Assembly: GCA_964016885.1 (NCBI GenBank)
Contig: OZ024757.1
Coordinates: forward strand, 19,778,001 to 19,842,000
Source: Eledone cirrhosa
Taxonomy: Eukaryota
Direction: 5' to 3'
DNA: 64,000 nt
Both the position numbers and the translations under genes were made by a program. This document shows, in pieces, positions 34,244 through 47,659 of this stretch (the stretch's first letter is position 1; every line of letters starts with the position of its first letter). The notes below the pieces were generated by a model. It did not search any database, had not been told where the DNA came from, and saw only the letters and a program-made list of their open reading frames with translations.

Positions 34244-34530
34244 TCAGGTCACCAGTTGGTGCTACTGGTAACATGTATCCCAGTACAACCTGTCTCATGG
34301 TCGGGTCGTTGGCGACTAAACTGGCAACCCCACCAAGGTTTCTTGGTGAGGAGGGTGACTTTAGACATCCTGCGGGACTAAAAACAAAGCCTGTCAAAGG
34401 GCAAAGGAGCTCTTAAGAGTCAATGGCCATCCAAAATCACCGGGAGAGATGACCCCTTAGCCTTTGTCAAGGCAGAATTCTAGGAGAAGGAAAACTCTGA
34501 TATAGCACCTGCAACCCTGATGGTATCCAA
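34244..34530 (+). mobile_element. Possible RTE 5'-UTR-like fragment
   Basis: CTAGGAGAAGGAAAACTCTGA resembles a recalled RTE 5' UTR motif; GC-richer island between microsatellites. Confidence 0.3.
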
Positions 34531-35040
34531 TGATGTTGACTTGTTCTTCTTTTTGGTAAATATCATCTTGGTTAAGAGAGTGGGACTGGCTTTGTGCAGT
34601 GCCTTTGCTCACTATAAAAGCTTCACGGTACAGGCATTGCTTTATAACATCAGTTGTTAGCTGTCGAGACACTGCATCCTTTAAGGCCTCCATGCTTCCC
34701 GAGATCCGCCAACAGAACAGCTAACACATACACACATGTACTTCCCTGACATTTGTGTATTATTCTATGTACTATATTGACGAGTTGTAGTGCACCTGAG
34801 CACTTTACACAATAATTTCATTATTATTATCTGGAGATCTCTCTGCACTTGTTGTCACATGGTACCATGGGCCCAGCACTATGTGTCAATAATTGTCACA
34901 GGTGTAGTTTTCAAGTCATTGGCTGGACTAAGAAGTCACACTCGTTCAGCGCACCAGTAGGGGTTCTCCTACATAGATATAAAGTAGTGGCCATACTCGA
35001 AAACGAGTTGGCAGTCACCATATATATATATACATGTGTG

Positions 35041-35071
<31 letters not shown>

Positions 35072-35730
35072 GTGTGTATATATATATATGTGTGTGTATA
35101 TATATATATGTATATATATATATATACATGTATATATAATATATATATATATATGTATATATAAAATATATATATATGTGTATATATATATATATGTATA
35201 TATAAAATATATATATATATATGTATATATATATACATGTATATATAAAATATATATATATATGTATATATATATGTATATATATATATATGTATCTATA
35301 TATATATGCATATAAGTAAATATGTATGTATGTATATATATATGCATATAAGTAAATATGTATGTATGTATATATATATGCATATAAGTAAATATGTATG
35401 TATGTATATATATATGCATATAAGTAAATATGTATGTATGTATATATATATGCATATAATTAAATATGTATGTATGTATATATGCATATAAGTAAATATG
35501 TATGTATGTATATATATATGCATATAAGTAAATATATATGTATGTATATATATATGCATATAAGTAAATATGCATGTATGTATATATATACATGTGCGTG
35601 TATGTGACAGACAAACAAAGCCCAATTGATAGCTGTTTAAAAAAAAAATTTTCAGACTACTTTTGCAAATACTTAAGTCTTCTTTCTTTTCTTTCTTTTT
35701 CTTTTCTTTCTTTTTCTTTTCTTTCTTTTT

Positions 35731-37078
35731 CACCTGTGTATTTAACACCCCTAGGTTAGCTTTACATGTACCTGGGTATATAACACCCTAGGCTACCTTT
35801 ACATGTACCTGGGTATTTAATACCCTAGGCTACCTTTACATGTACCTGGGTATTTAACACCCTAGGCCAGCTTTACATGTACCTGGGTATTTAACACCCT
35901 AGGCTAGCTTTACATGTACTTGGGTATATAACACCTTAGGCTAGCTTTACATGTACCTGGGTATATAATACCCTAGGCTAGCTTTACATGTGCCTGGGTA
36001 TTTAACACCCTAGGTTAGCTTTACATGTACCTGGGTATTTAACACCCTAGACTAGCTTTACATGTGCCTGGGTATTTAACACCCTAGGCTAGCTTTACAT
36101 GTACCTGGGTATATAACACCCTAGGCTAGCTTTACATGTACCTGGGTATATAACACCCTAGGCTACCTTTACATGTACCTGGGTATTTAACACCCCTAGG
36201 CTAGCTTTACATGTGCCTGGGTATATAATACCCTAGGTTAGCTTTTCATGTACCTGGGTATTTAACACCTTAGGCTAGCTTTACATGTACCTGGGTATAT
36301 AACACCCTAGGTTAGCTTTTCATGTACCTGGGTATTTAACACCCTAGGCTAGCTTTACATGTACCTGGGTATTTAACACCCTAGGCTAGCTTTACATGTA
36401 CCTGGGTATATAACACCCTAGGCTAGCTTTACATGTACCTGGGTATTTAACACCTTAGGCTAGCTTTACATGTACCTGGGTATTTAACACACTAGGTTAG
36501 CTTTACATGTACCTGGGTATTTAACACCCTAGGTTAGCTTTACATGTACCTGGGTATTTAACACCCTAGGTTAGCTTTACATGTACCTGGGTATTTAACA
36601 CCCTAGGCTAGCTTTACATGTACCTGGGTATTTAACACCCTAGGCTAGCTTTACATGTACCTGGGTATTTAACACCCTAGGCTAGCTTTACATGTACCTG
36701 GGTATATAACACCCTAGGCTAGCTTTACATGTACCTGCGTATATAACACCTTAGGCTAGCTTTACATGTACCTAGGTATTTAACACACTAGGTTAGCTTT
36801 ACATGTACCTGGGTATTTAACACCCTAGGCTAGCTTTACATGTACCTGGGTATTTAACACCCTAGGTTAGCTTTTCATGTACCTGGGTATTTAACACCTT
36901 AGGCTAGCTTTACATGTACCTGGGTATTTACACCTTAGGCTAGCTTTACATGTACCTGGGTATTTAACACCCTAGGCTAGCTTTACATGTACCTGGGTAT
37001 ATAACACCCTAGGTTAGCTTTACATGTACCTGGGTATTTAACACCTTAGGCTAGTTTTACATGTACCTGGGTATTTAT
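35731..37078. repeat. 37-bp minisatellite ACCTGGGTATTTAACACCCTAGGCTAGCTTTACATGT, about 36 copies
   Basis: Head-to-tail units without spacers. Confidence 0.96.
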
Positions 37079-37094
37079 CATATATTGCACCAGA

Positions 37095-37632
37095 TCTGTA
37101 TATATAAAACTGTGATCCTTTAAGAATTCAGTAATGCACCTTTCCGAGGTTTGTGTCCTAGGTTACCTTCATGGTAACACCAACCCTGTTCAAAACTATG
37201 ATCCTTTAAGGTTCAGTTAAGTACCTCTCTGAGGTTTGTGCCCTAGGTGGCTGCCCTAGTTGGCCTTCATGGTAACACCAGCCCTGTATAAAACTGTGAC
37301 CCTTTAAAGTTCAGTAATGTATCTCTCTGTGCCCTAGGTGGCTACCCTAGTTAGCCTTAATGGGAGCACCAAGCCTCTGTCGATCATCCTTTAACATTCA
37401 GTAATACACCTCTCTGGGGTCGGTGCCCTAGTTGGCCTTAACGGGAGCACCAAGCCTCTATAAAACATCCTTTAAGGTTCAGTAATGTACCTCTCAGGTC
37501 TGTGCCCTAGATGGCTGCCCTAGGTGGCGTTAATGGTAGCACCAACCCTGTGTAAAACATCCTTTGGTTCAGTAATGTACCTCTCTCTGAGGTCTGTGCC
37601 CTAGTTGGCGTTAATGATAGCACCAATCCTGC
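37095..37632. repeat. Degenerate 80-105-bp tandem repeat, about 6 copies
   Basis: Recurring ATCCTTTAAGGTTCAGTAATGTACCTCTC...GTGCCCTAG...GGTAGCACCA. Confidence 0.8.
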
Positions 37633-37911
37633 TGCTACTACTTATTAGATAACTTGTTACTTCATGTCGCCAAACACCAGCTGAAGGTTTGTCAATAAAG
37701 CAACTATGTGCACAATTTAACTAAATAGGTTAAAGCCTTATGGCCAAATCTGAAGTGATTCTTGTTGTTATTGTTATTTTCATTATTATTATTATTATTA
37801 TTATTGTAATCCTAGAGGAGTCACCCCCACCCACACCCATTGTGGAATTTTTGTGGGTTTCTATTTTTTTTTTTTGTTACAGCCTTTGTTTTTGTTTTAT
37901 AATATAAGTCG

Positions 37912-38830
37912 GTTGGTTGTGTAGGTGTCACGACAAAAAGCACCCAGTACTCACTGTGAAGTGGTCATGTATTTGTCATGGCAAAAAGCACCCAGTCTAT
38001 ACTGTGAAGTGATCGTGTAGGTGTCATGACAAAAAGCACCCAGTCCACTCTGTAAAGTGGTTATGTAGGTGTCACAACAAAAAGCACCTAGTCCACTCTG
38101 TAAAGTGGTCATGTAGGTGCCACGACAAAAAGCACCCAGTCCACACTGTACAGTGGTTGTGTAGTTATCATGACAAAAGGTACCCAGTACTCACTGTAAA
38201 GTGGTCATATAGGTGTCACAACAAAAAGCACCCAGCCCACACTGTAAAGAGGTCATGTAGGTGTCATGACAAAAAGCACCTAGTCCAGACTGTAAAGTGG
38301 TAGTGTAGGTGTCATGACAAAAAGCACCCAGTCCACTCTGTAAAGTGGTCATGTAGGTGTCATGACAAAAAGCACCCAGTCCAGACTGTAAAGTGGTAGT
38401 GTAGGTGTCATGACAAAAAGCACCCAGTCCACTCTGTAAAGTGGTCATGTAGGTGTCATGACAAAAAGCACCCAGTCCAGACTGTAAAGTGGTAGTGTAG
38501 GTGTCATGACAAAAAGCACTCAGTCCACTCTGTAAAGTGGTCATGTAGGTGTCATGACAAAAAGCACCCAGTCCAGACTGTAGAGTGGTAGTGTAGGTGT
38601 CATGACAAAAAGCACCCAGTCCACTCTGTAAAGTGGTCATGTAGGTGTCACAACAAAAAGCACACAGCCCACACTGTAAACAAGGTTGGTGTTGGGAAGG
38701 GCATCCAGCTGTAGAGATAAAGCCAAAATCAGTTCTGTATAAACAAGGCATGGTTACCAGAGCCAGCATTGCCCACAACAGCCCAACTCGTCTAAACCAT
38801 GCTGGCGTGAAAGAATGGACATTAAAAAGG
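37912..38830 (+). repeat. 48-bp tandem array (about 16 copies) expanded inside an RTE 3'UTR and followed by the RTE tail
   Basis: The unit GTAGGTGTCATGACAAAAAGCACCCAGTCCACTCTGTAAAGTGGTCAT matches the short internal repeat at 26465-26560, then GGTTGGTGTTGGGAAGGGCATCCAGCTGTAG follows. Confidence 0.88.
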
Positions 38831-39435
38831 GAATATTCCCTTGTTTCTTTTTTATGCATATAATTTTGTTCTTGCTTTTTTTACAATCAGAAATGCCCAT
38901 TTGTACCGTCCTGTATTGTCCTTAATGTTACACTTTATGTCAAACCTTGTGGTTCATAAAGAAAGCATTATGTTTGCCATTGTTATGGTTTATTCAATAT
39001 ATATTTACTTTTGCCCTAAAGTATTTAGGTGTGTGTGTGTGGTGATGAGGTGGAAGCTATATGTATGGGTGTGTAGTTATATGATATATGGAGCATGTGA
39101 TTATGTGTGTGAAAGAAAGAGAGAAATAAGCCGTGTGTGTTTGTGTCTAGCTATATGCACTCACATGTGTATGTATGTGTGTGTGCACGTGTGTGTGTGT
39201 GTGCACGTGTGTGTGTGTGTGTGTGTTTGTGTCTGGGACTGGTTGACACACACACGCACTAAATTAAGGTCACGATAAACTCTAGTGTTACTCTATATCC
39301 TAAATTGACATGTCAAATTGTATAGAATTGTCCCACACACCACATACACACACAAACCACACACACACACACATACAAACCACACGCACACACACACACA
39401 TATACACACAAACCACACACACACATACACACAAA

Positions 39436-39468
<33 letters not shown>

Positions 39469-39534
39469 CCTTGCAGGCAGAAATTTAACACTTAACATCC
39501 TGCACAATATCAAATCATGTGAGCAAAACAATGA

Positions 39535-39995
39535 TTACCCACAATTAATACATATCCCATTAAAAGCTATAACAATTACTTAATTTTCCATTAAAATTTA
39601 CAATTAATACATGTTCCATTAAAATCTATAACAATTACTTAACCCTCCATTAAAATTTACGACAATTAATACATACCCTATTAAAATGTATAACAATTAC
39701 TTAATCGTCCATTAAAATTTACGACAATTAATACATATTCAATTAAAATCTATAACAATTACTTAATCTTCCATTAAAATTTGCAACAATTAATCATTAT
39801 TCCATTAAAATCTATAAAATTATTTCTTCTTCCATTAAAATGTATGGCAATTATTCATTATTCCATTAAAATCTATAAAATCATTTCTTCTTCCATTAAA
39901 ATGTATGGCAATTATTCATTATTCCATTAAAATCTATAACAATTACTTCATCTGCCATTAAAATCTATGATAATTATTCCATCTTCCTTCAAAAT
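39535..39995. repeat. Degenerate AT-rich repeat of about 30 bp (CCATTAAAATCTATAACAATTA)
   Basis: Directly visible. Confidence 0.8.
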
Positions 39996-40217
39996 CTGAC
40001 TCATTCATCATCATCCTCATCATCATTTAACATCTATCTTCCACGCTAGCATGGGTTAGACGGGAATTGTCCCACTTTAGGCAAGATTGATCGGGTGACT
40101 GTGTCTCGCTCGTATAGGACTATCTGGCATGTTTTCTATGGCTGGATACCCTTCTTAACACCAACTACATTCCATATAATCATATTTATGACAATTCCAC
40201 CTTCCATATATTTTCAG

Positions 40218-40328
40218 CCAAGTTACAGAGAAGCGATCCATTCTGAAGGAATGATAGAGGATCTTGTAAAGAATCTGAAGAGTCAAAACGAGGAGCTGAA
40301 GACATATTGTGCATTAGCGATATTCAAG
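40218..40328 (+). CDS. ODAD2: ODAD2/ARMC4 internal exon (37 codons, phase 0/0)
   Basis: ttttcag|CCA...AAG|gtacat; PSYREAIHSEGMIEDLVKNLKSQNEELKTYCALAIFK. Confidence 0.93.
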
Positions 40329-40599
40329 GTACATTTCTTCCAGACACAAAACATACATATCTTCTTTGTCTTCTTTGTCCACTTATTCCTGAGAGGGTTG
40401 TTGGGGTAAAGTCCTCAAACACTCCTTCCAGCGGGTCCAGTCAGAGCAACGAGTTCAAAATGCATCAACGATTGCCCCTCTTGTTTCTGCCAGGCATCGC
40501 TAGGTGGCGTTGGCTGCCAGTGTGTTATTCATAGCTATAACTTTCTAAATGTTTATTTACAAACATGCCGTATTTCTTCAGAAATACGAAATTCAAAAG

Positions 40600-40830
40600 G
40601 GTTGTTGAGGGTAGAGTCCTCAAACACTCCTTCCAGCAGGTCCTGTCAGAAGGAACCATCTCCAACTGATTCGGCTGGATACCCATGCAAGACCAGCCGA
40701 GATCATGGATATTTTCTAAGCATCTTGCTCCTCAGGGTTTACCCCTGGGTCTTCTGCCAGTTGGTTTTGCCCTTAAAATCTGTCCAGTGATTCTTTCCTG
40801 AGACATTCTAACGACATGTCCATAGTATCA
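40600..40830 (-). mobile_element. Old RTE-type 3' ORF fragment
   Basis: YGHVVRMSQERITGQILRAKPTGRRPRGKP. Confidence 0.6.
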
Positions 40831-40987
40831 GGGCCATGACAAAAAAAAAATCACCAGTCCACCCTGTAAAGTGGTGGTGGTGGTGGTGGCGGTAGGTCCA
40901 CAAGAAAAGCTCCCAAACCCCACTGTAAGGTGGTCATGCTGGAACCACTAAAATAAAGCTCCCAGTCCCTCCATTAAAGTGGTTGGT

Positions 40988-41860
40988 GTTCTATATTTTT
41001 TCTATATTTTTTTCTATATTTTTTCTGTATTTGTTTCTATATTTTTTTCTATATTTGTTTCTATATTTGTTTCTATATTTGTTTCTATATTTTTTCTATA
41101 TTTTTTCTATATTTGTTTCTATATTTGTTTCTATATTTTTTCTATATTTGTTTCTATATTTGTTTCTATATTTGTTTCTATATTTGTTTCTATATTTGTT
41201 TCTATATTTTTTTCTATATTTGTTTCTATATTTGTTTCTATATTTTTTTCTATATTTGTTTCTATATTTTTTCTATATTTGTTTCTATATTTGTTTCTAT
41301 ATTTTTTTCTATATTTGTTTCTATATTTGTTTCTATATTTTTTTCTATATTTGTTTCTATATTTTTTCTATATTTTTTCTATATTTGTTTCTATATTTTT
41401 TTCTATATTTTTTCCTATATTTTTTCTATATCATTTCTATATTATTTCTATATAATTTCTATATTATTTCTATACAATTTCTATATCTTTTCTATACAAT
41501 TTCTATATTATTTCTATACAATTTCTATATTATTTCTATATCTTTTCTATACAATTTCTATATCTTTTCTATACAATTTCTATATTATTTCTATATTATT
41601 TCTATACAATTTCTATACAATTTCTATATCTTTTCTATACAATTTCTATATTATTTCTATACAATTTCTATATTATTTCTATATTATTTCTATATCTTTT
41701 CTATACAATTTCTATATCTTTTCTATACAATTTCTATATCTTTTCTATACAATTTCTATATCTTTTCTATACAATTTCTATATCTTTTCTATACAATTTC
41801 TATATTATTTCTAGATAATTTCTATACAATTTCTATATTATTTCTATATTATTTTCTATT
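40988..41860. repeat. TTTCTATA-based minisatellite running up to the splice acceptor
   Basis: Directly visible. Confidence 0.93.
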
Positions 41861-41864
41861 TCAG

Positions 41865-42080
41865 TGTGCCGAAGACAAAGAGAGCCGTGAACTTGTGCGT
41901 GAATATGGAGGACTTGCTCCGCTGGTGTCCATATTGTCTTCGGGCAACAACAAGGAGCTGTTGGCTGCGGCCACTGGGGCTATTTGGAAGTGTTCCATCA
42001 GTCCGGAAAACCTGGTCCAATTTCGAGACCTGAAAGCAATTGAACAACTTGTGGCCCTCCTCAGTAATCAGCCAGAGAAG
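41865..42080 (+). CDS. ODAD2: ODAD2/ARMC4 internal exon (72 codons, phase 0/0)
   Basis: atttcag|TGT...AAG|gtaact; [17 protein letters not shown]...[10 protein letters not shown]...NQPEK. Confidence 0.95.
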
Positions 42081-42109
42081 GTAACTGCCTGTTGTTGTTG
42101 CTGTTGTGG

Positions 42110-42148
<39 letters not shown>

Positions 42149-42796
42149 TCATCATCATCATCATCACTGTCATAATCCTCCTCACCACCACCATCAACAA
42201 CAATCATCATCATCACCTTCACCATCATCGCTATCATAACCATCCTCATCACCCTCACCACCATCATCATCACTGTCATCATCATCATCACCACCACCAT
42301 TAACAATCATCATCATTAACTACCACCACCATTAACAATCACCACCACCAATCATCATTAACAACCACCACCATTAACAATCACCACCACCATTAACAAT
42401 CATCATCATTAACAACCACCACCATTAACAATCACCACCACCATTAACAATCATCATCATTAACTACCACCACCATTAACAATCACCACCACCAATCATC
42501 ATTAACAACCACCACCATTAACAATCACCACCACCATTAACAATCACCACCACCATTAACAATCATCATCATTAACAACCACCACCATTAACAATCACCA
42601 CCACCATTAACAATCACCACCACCATTAACAACCACCACCACCATTAACAACCACCACCATTAACAATCACCACCACCACCATCACCATTAACCACTGCC
42701 ACCATTAACAATCATCATCATCATCATCATCATCATCACCTACTCCAAAAGTTTTACTATGAAGTTTTTTGTTTTTTTTGTTTCTCTTTTCCGAAG

Positions 42797-42978
42797 GTGT
42801 TGGTGAACGTTGTGGGAGCCCTAGGGGAACTTGCTAGGGACCCACCTAACCGTCAAACCATCAGAAATGCAGGGGGTATCGCCCAACTGGTCAACCTGTT
42901 AACGGGAACTAATCAAGCTTTGTTGATTAATGTTACCAAAGCAGTTGGACAGTGTGCCGAGGAGATAGAGAGTATGGG
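42797..42978 (+). CDS. ODAD2: ODAD2/ARMC4 internal exon (182 nt, phase 0/2)
   Basis: ccgaag|GTG...ATG GG|gtaggt; [11 protein letters not shown]...[13 protein letters not shown]. Confidence 0.94.
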
Positions 42979-43004
42979 GTAGGTATCCTACTTCCTGGTT
43001 CTAG

Positions 43005-43830
43005 TTGTGTTGTGTTGTGTTGTGTCAGTTTTGTTGTGTTTGTTTTGTTGTGTTGTGTCTGTTTTGTTGTGTAGTGTTGTTTGTTTTGTTGTGTTGTGTC
43101 TGTTTTGTTGTGTTGTGTTGTGTTGTGTTAGTTTTGTTGTGTTGTCTGTAGTGTTGTTGTGTTGTGTCTGTTGTGTTGTGTCTGTTTTGTTGTGTTGTGT
43201 TGTGTCTGTTTTGTTGTGGTGTGTCTGTTGTGTTGTGTTGTGTCTGTTGTGTTGTGGTGTGTCTGTTGTGTTGTGTCTGTTGTGTTGTGTTGTGTCTGTT
43301 TTGTTGTTTTGTGTCTGTTTTGTTGTGTTGTATCTGTTTTATGTTGTGTTGTGTCTGTTTTGTTGCGTTGTGTTGTATCTGTTTTATGTTGTGTTGTGTC
43401 TGTTTTGTTGTGTTGTGTCTGTTTTGTTGTGTTGTGTTGTGTCTGTTTTGTTGTGGTGTGTCTGTTGTGTTGTGTTGTGTCTGTTTTGTTGTGTTGTGTC
43501 TGTTGTGTTGTGTTGTGTTGTGTCTGTTTTGTTGTGTTGTGTCTGTTTTGTTGTGTTGCTGTGTCTGTTTTGTTGTGTTGTGTCTGTTTTGTTGTGTTGT
43601 GTTGTGTCTGTTTTGATGTTGTGTCTGTTGTGTTGTGTCTTTTGTGTTGTGTTGTGTCTGTTTTGTTGTTTTGTGTCTGTTGTGTTGTGTTGTGTCTGTT
43701 TTGTTTTGTTGTGTTGTGTTGTGTCTGTTTTGTTGTGTTGTTGTGTTGTGTTGTGTCTGTTTTTTTGTGTTGTGTTGTTGTGTTGTTGTGTTGTGTGTTT
43801 TTTTGTGTTGTGTTGTTGTGTCTGTTTTGG
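43005..43830. repeat. (GTTGT)n/GTCTGTTTT simple repeat; CAC/AAC/CAT block at 42090-42740
   Basis: Directly visible. Confidence 0.93.
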
Positions 43831-44131
43831 TTTCTCTGACCCCATTACTTACACCCCCATCACCTCCACCTTCCACCCTTATACCACCTCCACCCTCATT
43901 CCACCCTACTCCCCCCCACACACACTCTCCACCCCACCATTGCATCCACCCTACTCTCCATCCCCATTGTCACTCCTTATTCCACCCATATCATCACCAC
44001 CACCCCATTCCCAACAGTATCTCAATTCTGTTTACCTGGTCTGATAATGTCTAAAATGCCAACAATACAGACAACACCTGCTTATTAAACCTAACGTTGT
44101 CTACATTAAAAATATGTTTCAATCTCTCCAG

Positions 44132-44246
44132 CATCATTGAACAGTTAGATGGTGTCAGGCTGTTATGGTCCCTGCTGAAGAACCAAAACCCTGATGTTAT
44201 CTCAAGTGCTGCCTGGGCCATTTGTCCCTGCATAGAAAATGCTAAG
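44132..44246 (+). CDS. ODAD2: ODAD2/ARMC4 internal exon (115 nt, phase 2/0)
   Basis: ctctccag|C ATC...AAG|gtaagg; [17 protein letters not shown]...[14 protein letters not shown]; the phase matches the previous exon. Confidence 0.95.
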
Positions 44247-44287
44247 GTAAGGGACTTTTCTTCTAAATTGATTTATTCAAACTAGTG

Positions 44288-45180
44288 TCATCATCATCAT
44301 CATCATCATCATCATCAACGTTTAACGTCCGTGTTCCACGCTTGCATGGGTTTGGACGGGAGTTTTCCCACTTGAGGCAAGAGTGGTTGTCTTGCTCGCA
44401 TAGGACTGTCTGGCAGGTTTTCTACAGCTGGATGCCCTTCCTAACACCAACCACATTTACAGTGTGGGGCTGGGAGGTTTTTACCGTGTTGCCTACACGG
44501 CCACATTACAGCATGGACTGTCTGGCGGGTTTTCTACAGCTGGATGCCCTTCCTAACACCAACCACATTTACAGTGTGGGGCTGGGAGGTTTTTACCGTG
44601 TTGCCTACACGGCCACATTACAGCGTGGACTGTCTGGCGTGTTTTCTACAGCTGGATGCCCTTCCTAACACCAACCACATTTAACAGTGTGGGACTGGGA
44701 GGTTTTTTACCGTGTTGCCTACACGGTCACATTACAGCGTGGACTGTGTGTTTTTTTGTCGTGACACCTACATGATCTCGTTTGTTTCGGCCTGGATGTT
44801 GTGGCACCAACATAACTTTGCATTGAAGGGGGCGGTGTGGATGGGGTGGGACGGGGGTGTATTTTGTTAGAGATACCTACTGACTAGTAGGTTTTACTTT
44901 GTATTTAGGTAAGGCGTGTCTTCTCTGTTACTGAGTACCGCCAAAGGTCTCGGTCCAGTGACATTGTCTTGGAGAGGTGTAAGTGTGTGAGGTCGGAATT
45001 TATCAGCTCGTCCCAGGTTTTCCTGGGTTTGCCTACTCCGTGGCTACCATCTATCTTTATTGCCCTGCACTTTGTTATACAGCTGTCGTCTTTCATGCGC
45101 ATCACGTGACCATACCAACGTAGCCTTCTCTCGAGTAAATAACATCTGATCCCTCTCGAGTAAACAACATCTGATCCCTC
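44288..45180 (-). mobile_element. RTE family 2 3' end with triplicated 112-bp UTR segment
   Basis: ERRLRWYGHVMRMKDDSC...GKPRKTW; UTR repeats start at 44403, 44515 and 44627; (GAT)n tail. Confidence 0.85.
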
Positions 45181-45341
45181 TAGTGTCTTCATCTTAATTG
45201 TTATAGTCAGGATATTTCAGCATTTGCTCCCCTCCAGCCATCTTGTTTCAGCTATTGCCTCATCCAGCTATCTTTTTTCAGCTGTTCTACCCTTTGGCCA
45301 TCTTCAGAGAAATTATCATTATTTACACTAATATATGGATA

Positions 45342-45535
45342 GGCGGTGGATTGGCAGTATCGGTAGAGGGTCGGACGCCATGCTTTCCAGCATAGTTACG
45401 TCCCTTTACGATCTGAGTTCAAATCCTGCCAAGGTTGACTTTGCCTTTCATCCTTACGGGGTCGATAAAATAAAGTACCAGTAATGAACTGGGTAATTGC
45501 TGGCCTTGTGCCTAAAGTAGAAACAATTTTTTACA

Positions 45536-45607
<72 letters not shown>

Positions 45608-45987
45608 TAGGCTAGTGTCCTCTTGGTTGTTATAGTCACAACATTTCAGCCGATGTACCCTCTGGCCATCTTCAGAGGTATTCATTCAGGCAAGTGTTCT
45701 CTTCACGGTTGTTATAATCAACGTTAAGGGTGAAAGCAATGATTCTTTGCTTAAACTTTAATCTGTTATTTTAATAAATATTTGCTCTATAGTTCTTATA
45801 TATTTTAGTCTTCACATTTATTATTATTACTATTTGGACACCATGCTTTCCAGCATAGTTACGTCCCTTTACGATCTGAGTTCAAATCCCACCAAGGTTG
45901 ACTTTGCCTTTCATCCTTACAGGGTCGATAAAATAAAGTACCAGTAATGCACTGGGTAATTGCTGGCCTTGTGCCTAAAGTAGAAAC
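45342..45987 (+). mobile_element. Two SINE family A copies (45342-45529 with 15-bp TSD TTTACACTAATATAT; 45835-45987)
   Basis: B-box, body and tail as in the other copies; TSD at 45322-45336 and 45530-45544. Confidence 0.85.
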
Positions 45988-46579
45988 TATTATTATTACT
46001 ATATATATATGTGTGTGTGTCCTCACACCACCACAACCCCTAGCATTTCTTTGAGAATGTGTCAAAGTGCCAAACAAAGTTCAGTTAGCTTGTCTCTACC
46101 CGACCCCACAACCACCACCACCTCACCCCACACCCACCACCTCACCCCCACACGACCACCACCTCACCCCCGCCACCTCACAACCCCCACCCCCACAAAA
46201 CCCACACACACATAACCCCCCTCGCCCTCCTCACCCCCACACAACCACCACACCACCCCACACAACCACCCCCCAGCCCCCCACAGCCCCCCCCCACACA
46301 CACAACCTCCCCCTCCCGTTACAAACCCCTCCCCCACCACACCTCCCGCAACCACCACCTCACCCCCGCACAACCACCACCTCACAACCCCCAACCCCCC
46401 TCACAAGCCCCAACCCCTCACAACCCCCAACCCCCTCACAACCCCCACCCCCTACACAACCCCCCACCTCACCCTTCACCCTGCCTGTCATGTTCATTCT
46501 GTCCTGCCAAACCATGGAATTAGTTGCACCAATCTCAAAACTCCCAGTACACAGCAACATGTTGTTTTGTCTGCTTTCT

Positions 46580-47005
46580 TATCCAGGCACAAGGCCAGCA
46601 ATCTTTTTACTGGTGGGGGACAGAAAGTCGATTAGATCGACCCCAGTGTATTACTGGGACTTTATTTTATCGACTCCCATAAGGACGGAAAGCAAAGTTA
46701 ACCTCGGCGGGATTTGAACTCAGAACGTAAAGGGCCATAACTCTATGCTACAAAGCATGGCGTCTGGCGCTCTACCGATTAGTGCCAATCCTCCGCCTAT
46801 TTTTTTTTTTAATAATTGTTTCTACTATTGGCACAAGGCCAGCAATTACTCCAGTACATTACTGGTACTTTATTTTATTGACCCCGTAAGGATGAAAGGC
46901 AAAGTTAACCTCGGCGGGATTTGAACTCAGAATGGCAAGGGCCATAACTCTATGCTACAAAACATGGCGTCTGGTGCTCTACCGATTAGTGCTAATCCTC
47001 CGCCT
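46580..47005 (-). mobile_element. Two tandem SINE family A copies in reverse orientation
   Basis: Reverse complement of the SINE A consensus. Confidence 0.85.
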
Positions 47006-47608
47006 TTTTTTTTAATAATAAAGAAATTTAGTAATATAACTTTCTTTATTAAATAGACACCAGTGCATTACTGGTACTTTATTTTACCCCCCACCCCTCA
47101 TCGTAACACACATATACATATACCCCACACACACCCACCTATCTACATGCACATTTACACACACATGCGGGGGGGGACACACCCACCCCCACTTACTGCA
47201 CCCCCTCTCTCTCCATATATATATATATATATGATGTCCCCTCCTCTACTCCCAATGGGTACCTTATGTTGTCTGCCAGTCCCCTTATAAGCTGTATATA
47301 GCATAACATACCTCATCATCACAACTGACCCCTTTTTAGGGAGGTGGAAAGAACCCTAGTATATTCTGATTATTCAGGACAACATCTGCTAACCCTATAA
47401 AGGGCTGTCTTGAAGCTAAACTACTACTACTGCTGCAATATATATAAGTTTATCCTGGGTTCAATCGGGGGGTAACCACAGTAAGTAAGGTACTCAATAC
47501 ATAGTAGAGTATAAATATTTAATATGGAACGGCTTCTACAGGACTAGAACTGTTTCATTAGGTAGAATAATTTCTACTGAATGAAACAGTTCTAGTCCTG
47601 TAGAAGCC

Positions 47609-47659
<51 letters not shown>

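Noticed and set aside
45635-45680. Functional hammerhead at CTGAAGA-tggcc...ggct-GAAATGTT (- strand)
   Set aside because: The core is present but helix I does not pair, so it is counted only as a decayed remnant.
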